Shown piece by piece: positions 37,101-45,902 of a stretch of 64,000 bases of DNA (the first letter of the stretch is position 1; every line of letters starts with the position of its first letter). The notes beneath the pieces are model-generated. The model saw nothing but the letters and a program-made list of their open reading frames with translations. It had not been told where the DNA came from and did no database searches. Source of the stretch: a virus; the IMG/VR virus record IMGVR_UViG_3300009104_001476; one strand, written 5' to 3'. The translations under genes were made by a program, and so were the position numbers.

Positions 37101-38483
37101 AATCAAGGAACCGTTCAGTTTTCAGAGGATGATTTTATTCTCGGGAGACTGGATGCGGGGACTTCTTGGAGCAGTCTAGACTCCGTGCCCGAAAAATATT
37201 TAGATACAGGACTTAATCCGTCTAAGGCTGGTATAAGTTGGAGTAATTTTCATATGGGCTTTGCTAGCTCGTCAGAGAAGCTTCACGGAAACAAATTGTT
37301 CGGGGCACAAGGTTATCCTACCCCCATATCCGTAAATTGTGGAGACGTTATCGGAGACTCTACCTCGAACGACGAAGCCAGAATAAGCACTTACATTGAA
37401 TGTACCGGAGGTGTTGATCACCGCGGTGCTGACCCTCGGGATCCTTTGACCCCGGGTCAATCTTGTCGACAATACCTTAATCCAAATTTGGCGCAAGGAA
37501 GATTTTCAAATTATATTCAACTCCCGTCCCATCATGAGGCAACTCATTCAACGCTTTACATGGTGACGAAAAACTCCCACGCACATCCCCACCATCTGAG
37601 GACTTTTCAAAATGGGATATTAAGAGGCATCAAATACAATGGATGGTATGAGAGCCTTGACCAGAAATTTAGAGAAGATAAAAATTTCCTTTTGTTTGCC
37701 GAACACGCAGATCAATTAAATTCATTTGAGCTGGTAGACGACATGATTAAGTATGGCGGTATGATTGTGCCTAGCAGGCATTCTTTAACTCCTATAAAAT
37801 TTTCAGATGGTAGATATTATATATTTGCATTAACGGATCAAAAATTTACTTTACAGAATTTAGTTTACCCATCCTCGAATACAAACAACTGTTTTAAGGA
37901 ATACGTATCGGATGTATATGGTTATGGATGGGAGCCATTAAATTATTCTGAGGTTAAAACCGAATTTTGGAATTCTGATAGACCAGAAGGAGTCTATAAC
38001 TTCGATAGGTTAATCAAAGATTTAAAACACGGACATCGTTATGACAAATCTATTGGCTGGTTAGATCCTGATAATATGGAGGGTTTTGGAACCAATCATG
38101 CAACACAATCAAGCAGGCTATTACTCTACAACGATAAGCAATCGGCTGCTACAAAAGTTTTGAACACACACAACGCTTATGATTCTGACTTAGCTAGCAA
38201 AACTATAGTAAGAAATGTAAATTCATCAGATAAGGATGTAGCTTGTGGGACTTGCGGGTTTGATTTAGTAAGTGCTCCTGTCTTAATGAAAATAGAAGTC
38301 CCTAATTCTTTAAATTATTCGGATACTGTACATAATCAAACATGGGGCTCAGATATAACTTATTATAGTGCCGGAGTTACGATAGAGGATTCTGACGTAT
38401 CACATCTCAACAGCGCATACCTCTCCTTTGTTGAAGCTCTGGATCTTAAAAATTATCATGGAACCCATCTAGGCGCATACTAA
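31122..38483 (+). CDS. 2453-aa fibre/receptor-binding-like protein with six repeated domains and LamG inserts
   Basis: D.EV..WA..VP..GG...R..IKR.NLF.G.NL....PLI.D.G repeats start at ~31248, 32049, 32901, 34866, 35646, 36885; FDGSSDYL...DFTIETW...WYHIAAVR LamG. Confidence 0.8.
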   Translation: MRNARSKSTFRPRWRRRIAGKAGGQAYPILKSVTSSTGDFIYDPEVSAWAKRVNSAGGSVSNSCLEASSAFIRTIKNQPGLRQKIKRLNLFCGSNLDSSLMPLIIDEGPTQDINHNFASTEYSEKSGIKNSTASGNKYLDTGLDLSWSAVGLTFNDAHIAISTLGANTSSSYKEWIGRDHFSLGSNKENRKLQFRVGEHTIYADNPNPQQGACMGFYLGNCWWGDVSLRLNNRSLENINVSNNSPSNADLSQNFHIFKRNTAYSAPDDFDQTVNFYSIGLGLSDSEATVLYDAVSVFNQAKNRELFEALDIEVWKWANHRIPEAVGDASAHFSSLLVQNASAWMESIKNNNLREKINRANLFLGKSSSNYGYLTSLVPLIIDSGHRTDINNNFLNSDYNLKFGLHGDGATKFLDTGITTRELVSASSNSGHLSVEATSPSPTNTSSSSSNCLIGSKESISTAGGVGMSISLSKTKMTTKAWTALSKSAVPATQGMFTSSIGAGGSNSNARTYFNGAFLSDNSNDIQSTSYDSSLTGSTISLFTLNTVEYGNLGHSSQSIKSYSIGKALTDDEVQNLYAANSNVKRVEIVSDDMDSEVYDWANYRVPANGGLVTQKEAEAVNAWMLKIKTSSGLREKLKRVNLMAGSNLAAKMVPLIVDSGYSKVDKNTNLSEGDSVSTGLRAGDEKSIDTTVKLSDFLTNSSGHFSVKNYASLDTLIMGDTFAHGVITNQSSYSSETSAELLVSSDHVNGSNVFTDSSGAGHAITNHGNTSHQNAVGNPFGSGSAIKFDGSSDYLTVADSASWTFGSGDFTIETWINFSAWESTNFNTIAWFGPVQIDYKRDGGTKQLRMFCYSSGGNTSSIQTWDASLDTWYHIAAVRDSGNLRLFVNGTSLGTPPAHEGNTTLTNATGASAIMARAANSVSGVGSPDRKSAGYIYDFRVSKEAKYSDDFSKPTASFGSTGGPKPALGLTIDSNGVKGYVWDNNRSNAVSYAKLNQATTETKKTVDTSSYSHPTLYSGQPMPYWGYLNTDLPGEEDNQADVSYIVEDNGDHVIDIPQLKQASTWGPGPAAIIVYKNGVIQTHLSDWIHPYAWPIPWSRTLTDLAVGDKIKVVIQYPDWSAPGWEAWPNVWRIGAMENTTVFFKRIVPSTQNALDGLWTVSRTSATASSLYLDGSPVASSTASSNVTNVSDDYVNIMGSYSDDGSIQNHHDNASRIGFYSLGLSLTDAEALTLSEAITAFDTKMRRDLDEEVWDWAYTRVPLNGGSLSESNINNVNTFMLALKTESGLRESIKRLNVFAGSNLSSAMVPLIKDFGDSIEKNYNFTSSDVNQGLNSSGSKYLDTGMSFSELDIISYSNFHVALSRKGNSVSGYANSDAIGNGSIRLNLTNRPVVPVEGADNLIYSGSTITSSTDGSGFLVGTAVNNTETKLYKGSTSSDTGPFDGSSSMSANNFIVCGNQTEAGVVAQFSGRISIYSLGIGLTSGQVSAFNSAVSALELSLERGDFEASNSDAWKWANINVPANGGLVSQKQVTAVNKFMDSISNIHNLRDSIKRMNLFVGENLNAALVPVVSDLGASVETNNNFISSDYISTGPDAGLTGGSGKTLDLKIKARDLGDNFVMALRSNSGSTFDSSSNAPIMGVEEGFSSMTMGSNLGKLSFFTSISSAQTIDTSHYIKTPAIFKDLPRNYNGCDIVGNSILEPSLNTDVGESSCETLENAVSSYDIPNHSFIDSSLSRKILNDRLYCDYRNSDILSRGQQFYGDAGVNFSIDHEKGRNSEGVVALGENGDFCKGFYSVLCSKVEDSNISKLKMYKNGQEMVESQMVNQNIGPAAEIALFGKRNGSVFHSFPSSINIDFYCLGSNAETPDASKNPDVLGDGFLPNEVHNFLIQLDVDLNRKDFQKPDATNGILGNLQTLTSELDPEVSKWANEKVPKVGGKLNPEIVLAVNAWMTKIKERAGLRQKLKRVNLFSSVNLAGALVPIITDEGYPVDLNQGTVQFSEDDFILGRLDAGTSWSSLDSVPEKYLDTGLNPSKAGISWSNFHMGFASSSEKLHGNKLFGAQGYPTPISVNCGDVIGDSTSNDEARISTYIECTGGVDHRGADPRDPLTPGQSCRQYLNPNLAQGRFSNYIQLPSHHEATHSTLYMVTKNSHAHPHHLRTFQNGILRGIKYNGWYESLDQKFREDKNFLLFAEHADQLNSFELVDDMIKYGGMIVPSRHSLTPIKFSDGRYYIFALTDQKFTLQNLVYPSSNTNNCFKEYVSDVYGYGWEPLNYSEVKTEFWNSDRPEGVYNFDRLIKDLKHGHRYDKSIGWLDPDNMEGFGTNHATQSSRLLLYNDKQSAATKVLNTHNAYDSDLASKTIVRNVNSSDKDVACGTCGFDLVSAPVLMKIEVPNSLNYSDTVHNQTWGSDITYYSAGVTIEDSDVSHLNSAYLSFVEALDLKNYHGTHLGAY

Positions 38484-38503
38484 AACTAAAGAAAGGAAAA
38501 AAT

Positions 38504-38752
38504 ATGAAAATGATTATTCTTAACAACGAAGAACTTTCAGAGTTAGAAAAAATTAACTCAATGAACCTCCACTTGAATAGAGCTATACAAGCTGTAGAGC
38601 TAAGTGAGGGGGAGCATGGTGTAAATTCTGACATTCTTGAAGATCGCGTAACTTGGGAAAAGTGGATTGGTTTTTTACAGGATAAACCAGTAAAAGAAAT
38701 TGACTTGGCTGATTTACAAAAAGATATCGACTCTTCTGAAGAAGAAAATTAA
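38504..38752 (+). CDS. Small acidic hypothetical protein
   Basis: AAGGA RBS; 82 aa. Confidence 0.6.
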   Translation: MKMIILNNEELSELEKINSMNLHLNRAIQAVELSEGEHGVNSDILEDRVTWEKWIGFLQDKPVKEIDLADLQKDIDSSEEEN

Positions 38753-38785
38753 TATCAAAAGTCTTTCTTTTATATATAATAATTA

Positions 38786-39865
38786 ATGAAGACTTTATGC
38801 GCGGCTTTAATCGTCAAGAACGAAAGTAATGTAATATCAAGGTGTTTGAGTAGCTTAAAACCTTATATAGATTACTGGCTTGTCTGCGACACCGGCTCTA
38901 CAGACTCAACCAAAGAGATGGTTCAGTCGGAGCTATCAGAAATCCCGGGAGAACTTCATGAAGTTCCTTGGGTTAATTTCGGTCACAACAGGAGCGAGCT
39001 TTTACGCTTAGCTAAGGGGAAAGCTGATTATTTATTATTGATAGACGCAGATGAAACCTTATCTGTCCACGATCCTGATTTTAAAAATAAGTTAAATTTA
39101 GATTCTTATTTAATAAAATTTGAAGGAGATTTAGAATGGAGGCAAAAGAAGTTAGTTGGTAATCATATTAATTGGGAATACAAAGGCGTTACTCATGAAT
39201 ATATAACTTCTAATGAGGATAAAAATTTTCAACCGGCAGACTTTATCAGTTTAAATCATTTTTGCGACGGGGCAAGAAGGCCAGAAAAGTTCGAAGACGA
39301 TATAAGTCTATTGAGAAAAGGCATAAAAGAAGAGCCTAAAAATTGTAGATATTGGTTTTATTTGGCTCAGACCCTTTTCGATCTAGGGAGATATAAAAAA
39401 GCTTTAAAAGCTTATGATTCGACAATTCAGCTATCGGAATGGGATGAAGAAATATATTATTCTTTATTTAAAAAAGCCTTATGTTTAAAACATCTTAAGG
39501 GCTTTTTTCCTTATGACCAATTCTTTAAAGCTCATCAATTTCGCCCTTCTAGGTTCGAAGCTATCCATGAGATAATCAGACATTTTAGGGAGAAGGGTTA
39601 TTACGACATGGCTTACTCTTTGTGCAAAAAGGAGATAAATAAGCCTGAAAGTCAAGATTTACTATTCATAGATAAGAGTTTAAACAACTACAAATTAAAA
39701 GACGAACTTGCCGTATGCTCATATTGGGTTGGAGAATTCGAAGAAAGCGGCAGATTAAATGAGGAATTGCTGAAAAACCCAAAAGTGCCAGAATTCGAAA
39801 AGAATCGAATAAAAACGAACCAGCAGTTTGCTGAAAATAAAATCAAAGAAAAGTGTAATTACTAG
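38786..39865 (+). CDS. GT2-family glycosyltransferase with C-terminal TPRs
   Basis: IVKNE, DTGSTDST, LLIDADE (DxD), GVTHE; RYWFYLAQTLFDLG..KKALKAY TPR. Confidence 0.88.
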   Translation: MKTLCAALIVKNESNVISRCLSSLKPYIDYWLVCDTGSTDSTKEMVQSELSEIPGELHEVPWVNFGHNRSELLRLAKGKADYLLLIDADETLSVHDPDFKNKLNLDSYLIKFEGDLEWRQKKLVGNHINWEYKGVTHEYITSNEDKNFQPADFISLNHFCDGARRPEKFEDDISLLRKGIKEEPKNCRYWFYLAQTLFDLGRYKKALKAYDSTIQLSEWDEEIYYSLFKKALCLKHLKGFFPYDQFFKAHQFRPSRFEAIHEIIRHFREKGYYDMAYSLCKKEINKPESQDLLFIDKSLNNYKLKDELAVCSYWVGEFEESGRLNEELLKNPKVPEFEKNRIKTNQQFAENKIKEKCNY

Positions 39866-39868
39866 CGT

Positions 39869-40384
39869 ATGAAAGTAGTAGACATAGCTGACGAACTGTT
39901 TAATGAGTTAGGAGGGCCCTCAACCCTATCTCTTCCAGCTATCGCTTACTGGTTAAGGACCAATATCGGGACTCTTAGTAATTATTTGAATGAAGAATTT
40001 AGTTTAAATTCTACGTCTTTAGATATAGAAAAAACAGTAGATGAGGAAAAAGTCCAAATCGATGAAGATGAAAAAGATATTTTAAAAAAGATGTATCATA
40101 TTCATTATTATGATATTTTATTAAGAAATACTTTGGCTGCAGCTGGCACCGATAGCGTTGTCGAAATCCAGTCTGACGATACAAGAGTCAGAAGAATCAA
40201 CAAAAACGAATTAACTAAAACTTATATCAGTTTGAAAAGGACCGAGCAACAAGAGCTTACCAAGTTAACAAACGGGTATAAACTTAAAAAATCTCAGCCT
40301 TTACAGATCGCTGGTGATGATACTATAAAGGGACAGTTTCCTCATAGGACTTACGAAAAAAATAAAAACAGGACTCAGGATTAA
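39869..40384 (+). CDS. Neck protein (head-tail adaptor candidate)
   Basis: Synteny: first of four small genes before the tail tube. Confidence 0.5.
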   Translation: MKVVDIADELFNELGGPSTLSLPAIAYWLRTNIGTLSNYLNEEFSLNSTSLDIEKTVDEEKVQIDEDEKDILKKMYHIHYYDILLRNTLAAAGTDSVVEIQSDDTRVRRINKNELTKTYISLKRTEQQELTKLTNGYKLKKSQPLQIAGDDTIKGQFPHRTYEKNKNRTQD

Positions 40385-40387
40385 GCC

Positions 40388-40831
40388 ATGGCTAATTTAT
40401 TAAGCACTACAGACAAGGCTTACTTTACGGGCGTTCTGGGAGATCTTTTCGATACTTTTCAAAGACCCATTAAAGTCCATAAAGAGCCTTTGAAAAAAAT
40501 CGTAAACCCTGCTGTAGATGTATACGCAGGGTATGCGGACACGTCTACTCCGGACAATATAGAATTTGTCCCTCAATCTAAAATTTTTGAAGCTATGATA
40601 TCTTACGTAGATAAAAGTCAGTCTTCTTTAGATACAGATATAAACATTCAAATACCTAGAAACGCTTCTGTAAGAATTAAAGTTAAACAGGACTGTAGAG
40701 ATTACATCAAAACAGGAAGAACTGAAAGGATAGAAATAGACGGAAAAAGCTTTAATGTTATTGGGCAAGAAAGCGTAAAATATAATTTTGGATATTACTT
40801 ATTTGTATATTACTTGGAACTTACAAAATAA
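40388..40831 (+). CDS. Head-closure/stopper candidate
   Basis: Beta-rich, ERIEIDGKSFNV pattern; synteny. Confidence 0.5.
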   Translation: MANLLSTTDKAYFTGVLGDLFDTFQRPIKVHKEPLKKIVNPAVDVYAGYADTSTPDNIEFVPQSKIFEAMISYVDKSQSSLDTDINIQIPRNASVRIKVKQDCRDYIKTGRTERIEIDGKSFNVIGQESVKYNFGYYLFVYYLELTK

Positions 40832-41442
40832 TGGGAAAAATAAATAGACAGGTTTTTAAAAAAGAGATATCGAAAGCCTTTTCGAAAAGTAAGGTTAAGC
40901 ATTTGGCCTTTGAGGAAGCTCAAAAAAAAATTGATAGAATTAGAAGAGAGGCTTTGATAGAGTTTAAGCAGCACCCTGTATCAAAAGAATTAAGATCTGG
41001 GAAAAGCGCTAACAACATTTCCAACACTTTGGGAGGCAGAGGAAACCTTTTTACGTTTATAGGGTTCCAAGAAGGAGAAGACCCCACTTTTATTGTGGAG
41101 AGAGCCATACAAGATATAAGAATAAATAGAACTCCTAGGATCAGAGAGATAGGTAGAAGCGGAAGGTATGAAATAGCTTTTACAGCAACTTTTCCAAATG
41201 TAAAAAGTCTAGAATCTGTTACACCCATGCCTTTCGAAGGCGGCAGAAGCTGGCTAACTGCGATAGAAAGAGGTATCTCTGGCTTAAGTTATTATATTTA
41301 TAGTAGAGTTAATGATATAAAAGCTAGTAGGTCTGGCAAGGGCATACAGTCCGATAGCCCTTATATACCGGGATTAAAATATAGACCAGTAGGATATATA
41401 TCTTCGATACTCGGCAAAATAAGAAACAGAATTAAGTCATGA
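40831..41442 (+). CDS. Tail-completion/neck protein candidate
   Basis: Basic 203-aa ORF, TAATG coupling; synteny. Confidence 0.45.
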   Translation: MGKINRQVFKKEISKAFSKSKVKHLAFEEAQKKIDRIRREALIEFKQHPVSKELRSGKSANNISNTLGGRGNLFTFIGFQEGEDPTFIVERAIQDIRINRTPRIREIGRSGRYEIAFTATFPNVKSLESVTPMPFEGGRSWLTAIERGISGLSYYIYSRVNDIKASRSGKGIQSDSPYIPGLKYRPVGYISSILGKIRNRIKS

Positions 41443-42305
41443 AAGCTCAATACGAAAATAAGGTAATTTCTAGCACTTTGTTGTGGATGGATCATACCGT
41501 AGCCTCTATTGGCTCAGGATATACAAATCATAGTTCTTTATTCTATGACGTAGGGAGCCAATGGTATGGATATTACGCTTACGGTTTACCTTACAAACAG
41601 GTATTGTCCGATCATTCTGTTAAGCCTAATGCTCCTACCGACCCGAAGGTAATGACTGGGATATATGTCGATGGCACGTTCACTACACCCGGACAAGGAG
41701 ACTTGGTTGACATAGATTACTCTAACGGGCATGTATATTTCTCTTCAGATCAGGCGGGGAAGACTTTAAGCGGAGATTATGCGGTAAAGGACTTTAATGT
41801 CTATTTAACGAACAAGACCGATCAAGACTTACTTTTCGAGACCAAGGTGGAAACTAGACCTAAGACCAGCACAAATCCGGCCGCTTTAGAAACTGATGTT
41901 ATTACATACCCAGCGATTTTCATTAAGAATTTAGGTGGAAAAAACGAGCCTTGGGCTTTTGGCGGAGTGGACGAGACTATCACTAATGTTAGGGCTATAG
42001 TGCTTGCGGACAGTCAATTTAATCTAGACGCATCGTGTTCTATTTTAAAAGATAGGGTCCGAACAAATATAAAGTTAATTGAAGAAAATAATTACCCATT
42101 TAATGCTCTAGGTGGGTACAAATCAAGTGTATATAATTATACGGGATTAGCGGCCGGTTCCACTAGTCACGTATGGGTAAACGATGTTTACGTTTCTCAG
42201 TTTAATGTAGACTACATAAGCGAGATAAAAAACGCTAATCCTGACGTTTATAGCGCTATTGTAGATGTAGATCTGAGAAGCGAAAACAGAATGCCCAGAG
42301 CGTAA
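41439..42305 (+). CDS. Tail terminator candidate
   Basis: ATGA overlap; YPAIFI...EP.AFGG; directly before the tail tube. Confidence 0.5.
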   Translation: MKAQYENKVISSTLLWMDHTVASIGSGYTNHSSLFYDVGSQWYGYYAYGLPYKQVLSDHSVKPNAPTDPKVMTGIYVDGTFTTPGQGDLVDIDYSNGHVYFSSDQAGKTLSGDYAVKDFNVYLTNKTDQDLLFETKVETRPKTSTNPAALETDVITYPAIFIKNLGGKNEPWAFGGVDETITNVRAIVLADSQFNLDASCSILKDRVRTNIKLIEENNYPFNALGGYKSSVYNYTGLAAGSTSHVWVNDVYVSQFNVDYISEIKNANPDVYSAIVDVDLRSENRMPRA

Positions 42306-42374
42306 AATGTTAATTATTTTAATAAATAATTAAAAAAAGTGTAAAAATAAATATCAACTAAGGATTTAAAAATT

Positions 42375-43493
42375 ATGGGAAAAAATAGAATCATTTATCA
42401 GAGTCAGGCCGTGTATGCCGGGCCCGCCGCCCCTAGTGGAACCTATCTCAATGAGACAGGTGTTGCGGCAGGCGTATCATACGCTCAACCTTCGAACCTC
42501 CAACGTGTACAGAACGTCAACTATAGCTTTGACATTTCTCGTACAGATGTTAACCAATTTGGTGAGCTAGCAAATATCGACCGGGTTATTCTCGAATCTC
42601 CTTCTGTGTCGCTGGACTTCTCTTACTACTTTGCAGATTTTGCAAACGAGAAGACGCTTGGCTTTACCATCATGAACAACTCTACTCTTAAGTCTTCCAT
42701 CTCTGGAATGCTTAACCGAGTGACCGATGAGAGAAATTATTATGTTAGGGTAGTCAACGAAGGTCAAGACGTTAACGATCTTACTGGGGCGACTACAACT
42801 GGCACGGGCGTTAATGACGTGGTTGCTATCGGTAATGCCTTTTTGGCATCTTACTCTAGTGACGCTTCTGTGGGAGACTTCCCAACTGCAAGTATCACTG
42901 TGGAAGCTTTGAATATCGCTTTCGATAAGGGTACCACAGGAAATATTATTCCTGCCATTAACCCCACTACAGGCGGAAAGAAGACGCAAACATATGCACT
43001 TCCAGATGCAAGCTCGAATGTCCAAAACGATTACTCGGTCGTAAGACCCGGAGATATCACCATGGACCTCGCTACGGGGCTTTTAGGTGCAGACGATGGC
43101 GACGTTAAGATCCAAAGCTACAGCTTAAGCTTTGACTTGGCTCGTGAGCCACTGCAGCAGCTTGGAAGTAAGTTCGCGTTTGCTCGTGAAATGACCTTCC
43201 CTGTTACGGTTTCTCTATCTGTTGACGCTCTATTGGGCGATCTGCGTACTGGCAACTTGGCTGACCTCGTTTCTGGTGACGGCACCTCGGTGCACGATCT
43301 GGTAATCCACCTTAAGAGTGGAGGAGACGACCACTGTCAATATCTCTTGAAGCAGGCTAAGCTTGACGGACACAGCTATAGCACCTCGATTGGTGACAAC
43401 AAGACTGTTACGTTGAACTTCAGCTCTCAGATTGGTTCTTCACAGCAAACTGGTGTTGGACTGTTTATGAGTGGTGTTGGACACGACGCATAA
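42375..43493 (+). CDS. Major tail (tube) protein
   Basis: Beta-rich 372 aa, highly-expressed-type codons, RBS, own terminator, upstream of chaperones and tape measure. Confidence 0.75.
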   Translation: MGKNRIIYQSQAVYAGPAAPSGTYLNETGVAAGVSYAQPSNLQRVQNVNYSFDISRTDVNQFGELANIDRVILESPSVSLDFSYYFADFANEKTLGFTIMNNSTLKSSISGMLNRVTDERNYYVRVVNEGQDVNDLTGATTTGTGVNDVVAIGNAFLASYSSDASVGDFPTASITVEALNIAFDKGTTGNIIPAINPTTGGKKTQTYALPDASSNVQNDYSVVRPGDITMDLATGLLGADDGDVKIQSYSLSFDLAREPLQQLGSKFAFAREMTFPVTVSLSVDALLGDLRTGNLADLVSGDGTSVHDLVIHLKSGGDDHCQYLLKQAKLDGHSYSTSIGDNKTVTLNFSSQIGSSQQTGVGLFMSGVGHDA

Positions 43494-43516
43494 TAAATCT
43501 TAAAAGATTAAAACAT

Positions 43517-43547
43517 GGGCCCCTCTTTTAGAGGGGTCCTTTTTTTT
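43517..43547 (+). terminator. Rho-independent terminator
   Basis: gggcccctc / gaggggtcc + T8. Confidence 0.85.
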
Positions 43548-43584
43548 GTATTGGAGTGTAAAAACTAGTAAGGAAAAAGGGAAA

Positions 43585-43818
43585 ATGTCTGGCTTTAATC
43601 AGGACGGAAAAGCTAAGGAATTCATATTCTTTCATAATCGTCGTAAGATAATTAATCTCTACAAACAGTATTTATTTTTACTGGAAGATTTAAAAGAAGA
43701 CTACGATATACCAGATGAAATTTATGAAAGAAATAGGAAGAGAGTGCTTGATTTCGGCAACGACACTATTCGTGAGTTAGAAGAAAATCTGGAAAAATTT
43801 GAGATTTATTTGAAATAA
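43585..43818 (+). CDS. Small hypothetical protein
   Basis: ATG 43585 after AAGG and a GTGTAA motif (the track start 43546 overlaps the terminator). Confidence 0.6.
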   Translation: MSGFNQDGKAKEFIFFHNRRKIINLYKQYLFLLEDLKEDYDIPDEIYERNRKRVLDFGNDTIRELEENLEKFEIYLK

Positions 43819-43847
43819 ATTATAATATTTAGGCAAAAGGAAAAGTT

Positions 43848-44759
43848 ATGAGGATATTAAACGAGTTCTTTCTCGAGAAAGAGGAAAACGTTGAGGAAGT
43901 AGAGACATCTACCAACGAAAAAGGCGAAGAGATAAAAACTACTAAGTCTGTAAAAAAGCCTGTAAAAAAAACCTTCGTAGTTAAAAAACCAAATCGTTCT
44001 CTATACGATGAGGCAGAATTATTTTATGGCGTCAAGCTTTCTGAAGGTATCAAAGCGGGTCTTTTAACCCGAGCTCTCTTAGCTAAAAGGTTTAATAACG
44101 ATGGCGGGATTCTTAGCGAAAACGAAAAAGATAAATTTGCTACTCTTTACATGGGTCTTTTTGAAAAACAAGCCAAGCTTCAAAAATTGGAAATGAAAGT
44201 AGCTAAGGATTTAACAGATAAAGAAAAGAAAGAAAAAGAAAAAATCATTGAAGAGTTAGGCGCGTCTAGGGAAGAAATACAAGAGTTTGAGATGGCTCAA
44301 GCGAGCTTATTTGATCAAACGGCAGAAAATAGAGCCCGTAATAAAACTATTCTTTGGTGGGTATTACAATTGTCTTATGAAAAAGATGGGGATAATTACA
44401 TAGAGGTCTTTTCCGGAGACAGTTACGAAGATAAAGTAGCTGAATATGATCGCTATGAAGATCAGGAAGACGACTTCCTAGATGAAATGCTAAAGAAGCT
44501 TTCTTATGTTGTTAGTTTTTGGTTTGTAACCAAGGCTGATACAAAAGAAGAGTTAGACGTTTTATTAAATACTGCTGACGAAGAAGAGATCACAGGGGAG
44601 CCTTCTCAAGAAAAACCTGAAGAAAAACCTGAAGAAAAACCTAAAGAAAAACCTAAAGAAGAGCTTGAAGAAAAGACTAAAGAAAAACCCGTAAAAAAAA
44701 CAAATCGGACAAAAAAAGTTGATAACGATAAGTCCAAAGTTGAAAAAGAAGAAAAATAA
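43848..44759 (+). CDS. Tail assembly chaperone-like protein 1
   Basis: Between tube and tape measure; coiled coil; EEKP/KEKP repeats at the C-terminus. Confidence 0.55.
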   Translation: MRILNEFFLEKEENVEEVETSTNEKGEEIKTTKSVKKPVKKTFVVKKPNRSLYDEAELFYGVKLSEGIKAGLLTRALLAKRFNNDGGILSENEKDKFATLYMGLFEKQAKLQKLEMKVAKDLTDKEKKEKEKIIEELGASREEIQEFEMAQASLFDQTAENRARNKTILWWVLQLSYEKDGDNYIEVFSGDSYEDKVAEYDRYEDQEDDFLDEMLKKLSYVVSFWFVTKADTKEELDVLLNTADEEEITGEPSQEKPEEKPEEKPKEKPKEELEEKTKEKPVKKTNRTKKVDNDKSKVEKEEK

Positions 44760-44773
44760 AAATTGATCTTCTT

Positions 44774-44805
44774 AGCCCCACCCGAAAGGTGGGGCTTATT
44801 TTTTT
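44774..44805 (+). terminator. Rho-independent terminator
   Basis: agccccacc-cgaaa-ggtggggct + tattttttt. Confidence 0.85.
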
Positions 44806-44809
44806 ATAA

Positions 44810-45853
44810 ATGAAGAAGCCTGTAAAGAAATTAACCAAGAATAAGCTAAAAGGTTTATATTTAAACGTATTAAAAGGATATACTGTTTGTGAGAAAACGG
44901 AGAATCTTAATGAGTTTTATATTAAACATTTAGATATTCATTCTTCTACGGACATTGATGAAGCTCACGATTCTCATTTCGACAGAGCTAAAAAAAAGGG
45001 CTTACCCACGGAGGAAGACCAGCTCAAGTATTTAGACAAAGAAGAGCTATGGACAAACAAAGAAGAAATGGAGCTGCAAAATCAAGAGGAAATGATCAAG
45101 AGGCTTCGACTTTCTAAAAGCAAAGTCATTCTTCAAGCTCAAATTAATTATTTCAATGAGGAGATAGAAAAAGAAACGATTATTCTTCACGAAAAGATAG
45201 ATAAAAAAAACGATCTCATGGGGTTCACTGCTGAAGCTTATGCTAACAAAAAGATTAATGAGTTTTATATTTATAATACCTTATATAAGGACCCTGATCT
45301 AAAGCAATTGTATTTCGAAAAAGAAGAGTTTGACTATATAAATTTTGAAAATTTCTCGAAGTTAATAGCTGCTTACAATGAAAATACAAAACATTATAAT
45401 GCTTTAAACCTGAAGAGAGTAGCTTTAAGCACGTTTTTTTTAAATTATTTTTACCTATGCGACGACAACCCTCAAATATTTTTTGGTAAACCTGTAATTG
45501 ATTTAACTTATCATCAGGTAGAATTATTCGGATACGCTAGGCATTTCAAACATATGATGTCTGAAGCTAAGTCTAAACCGCCAGATGAATTTTATGACGA
45601 CCCAGACAAGCTTATAGAATACGTAGAAGCGGGTAAAAATGCTGAATCTATAATCGAGAAAGCTCAATCACAAGGTAAGGACAATGCTGCAACCTCTATT
45701 GTTGGGGCGACCAAGGAAGATCTGAAAAGAATGGGTTTATCTGCCGGAAATCATGATGTGGGAGATGTAAATCTAAGCAAAGTGGCGTCTCAAAAAGACG
45801 GATCTTTAGACATGGATGACTTGATAAAAATCCACGAAAAGGGAAGTCTGTAA
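44810..45853 (+). CDS. Tail assembly chaperone-like protein 2
   Basis: Immediately upstream of the tape measure; synteny. Confidence 0.5.
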   Translation: MKKPVKKLTKNKLKGLYLNVLKGYTVCEKTENLNEFYIKHLDIHSSTDIDEAHDSHFDRAKKKGLPTEEDQLKYLDKEELWTNKEEMELQNQEEMIKRLRLSKSKVILQAQINYFNEEIEKETIILHEKIDKKNDLMGFTAEAYANKKINEFYIYNTLYKDPDLKQLYFEKEEFDYINFENFSKLIAAYNENTKHYNALNLKRVALSTFFLNYFYLCDDNPQIFFGKPVIDLTYHQVELFGYARHFKHMMSEAKSKPPDEFYDDPDKLIEYVEAGKNAESIIEKAQSQGKDNAATSIVGATKEDLKRMGLSAGNHDVGDVNLSKVASQKDGSLDMDDLIKIHEKGSL

Positions 45854-45902
45854 GTGTAATTACAGATAATATCCCTCGGGTATGTTTATCAAGGAATAAG
45901 GA

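Noticed and set aside
44688-44730. A_AAA_AAA slippery site for a -1 G/GT frameshift
   Set aside because: The -1 frame hits TGA within about 9 codons, and a TAA precedes ATG 44810.
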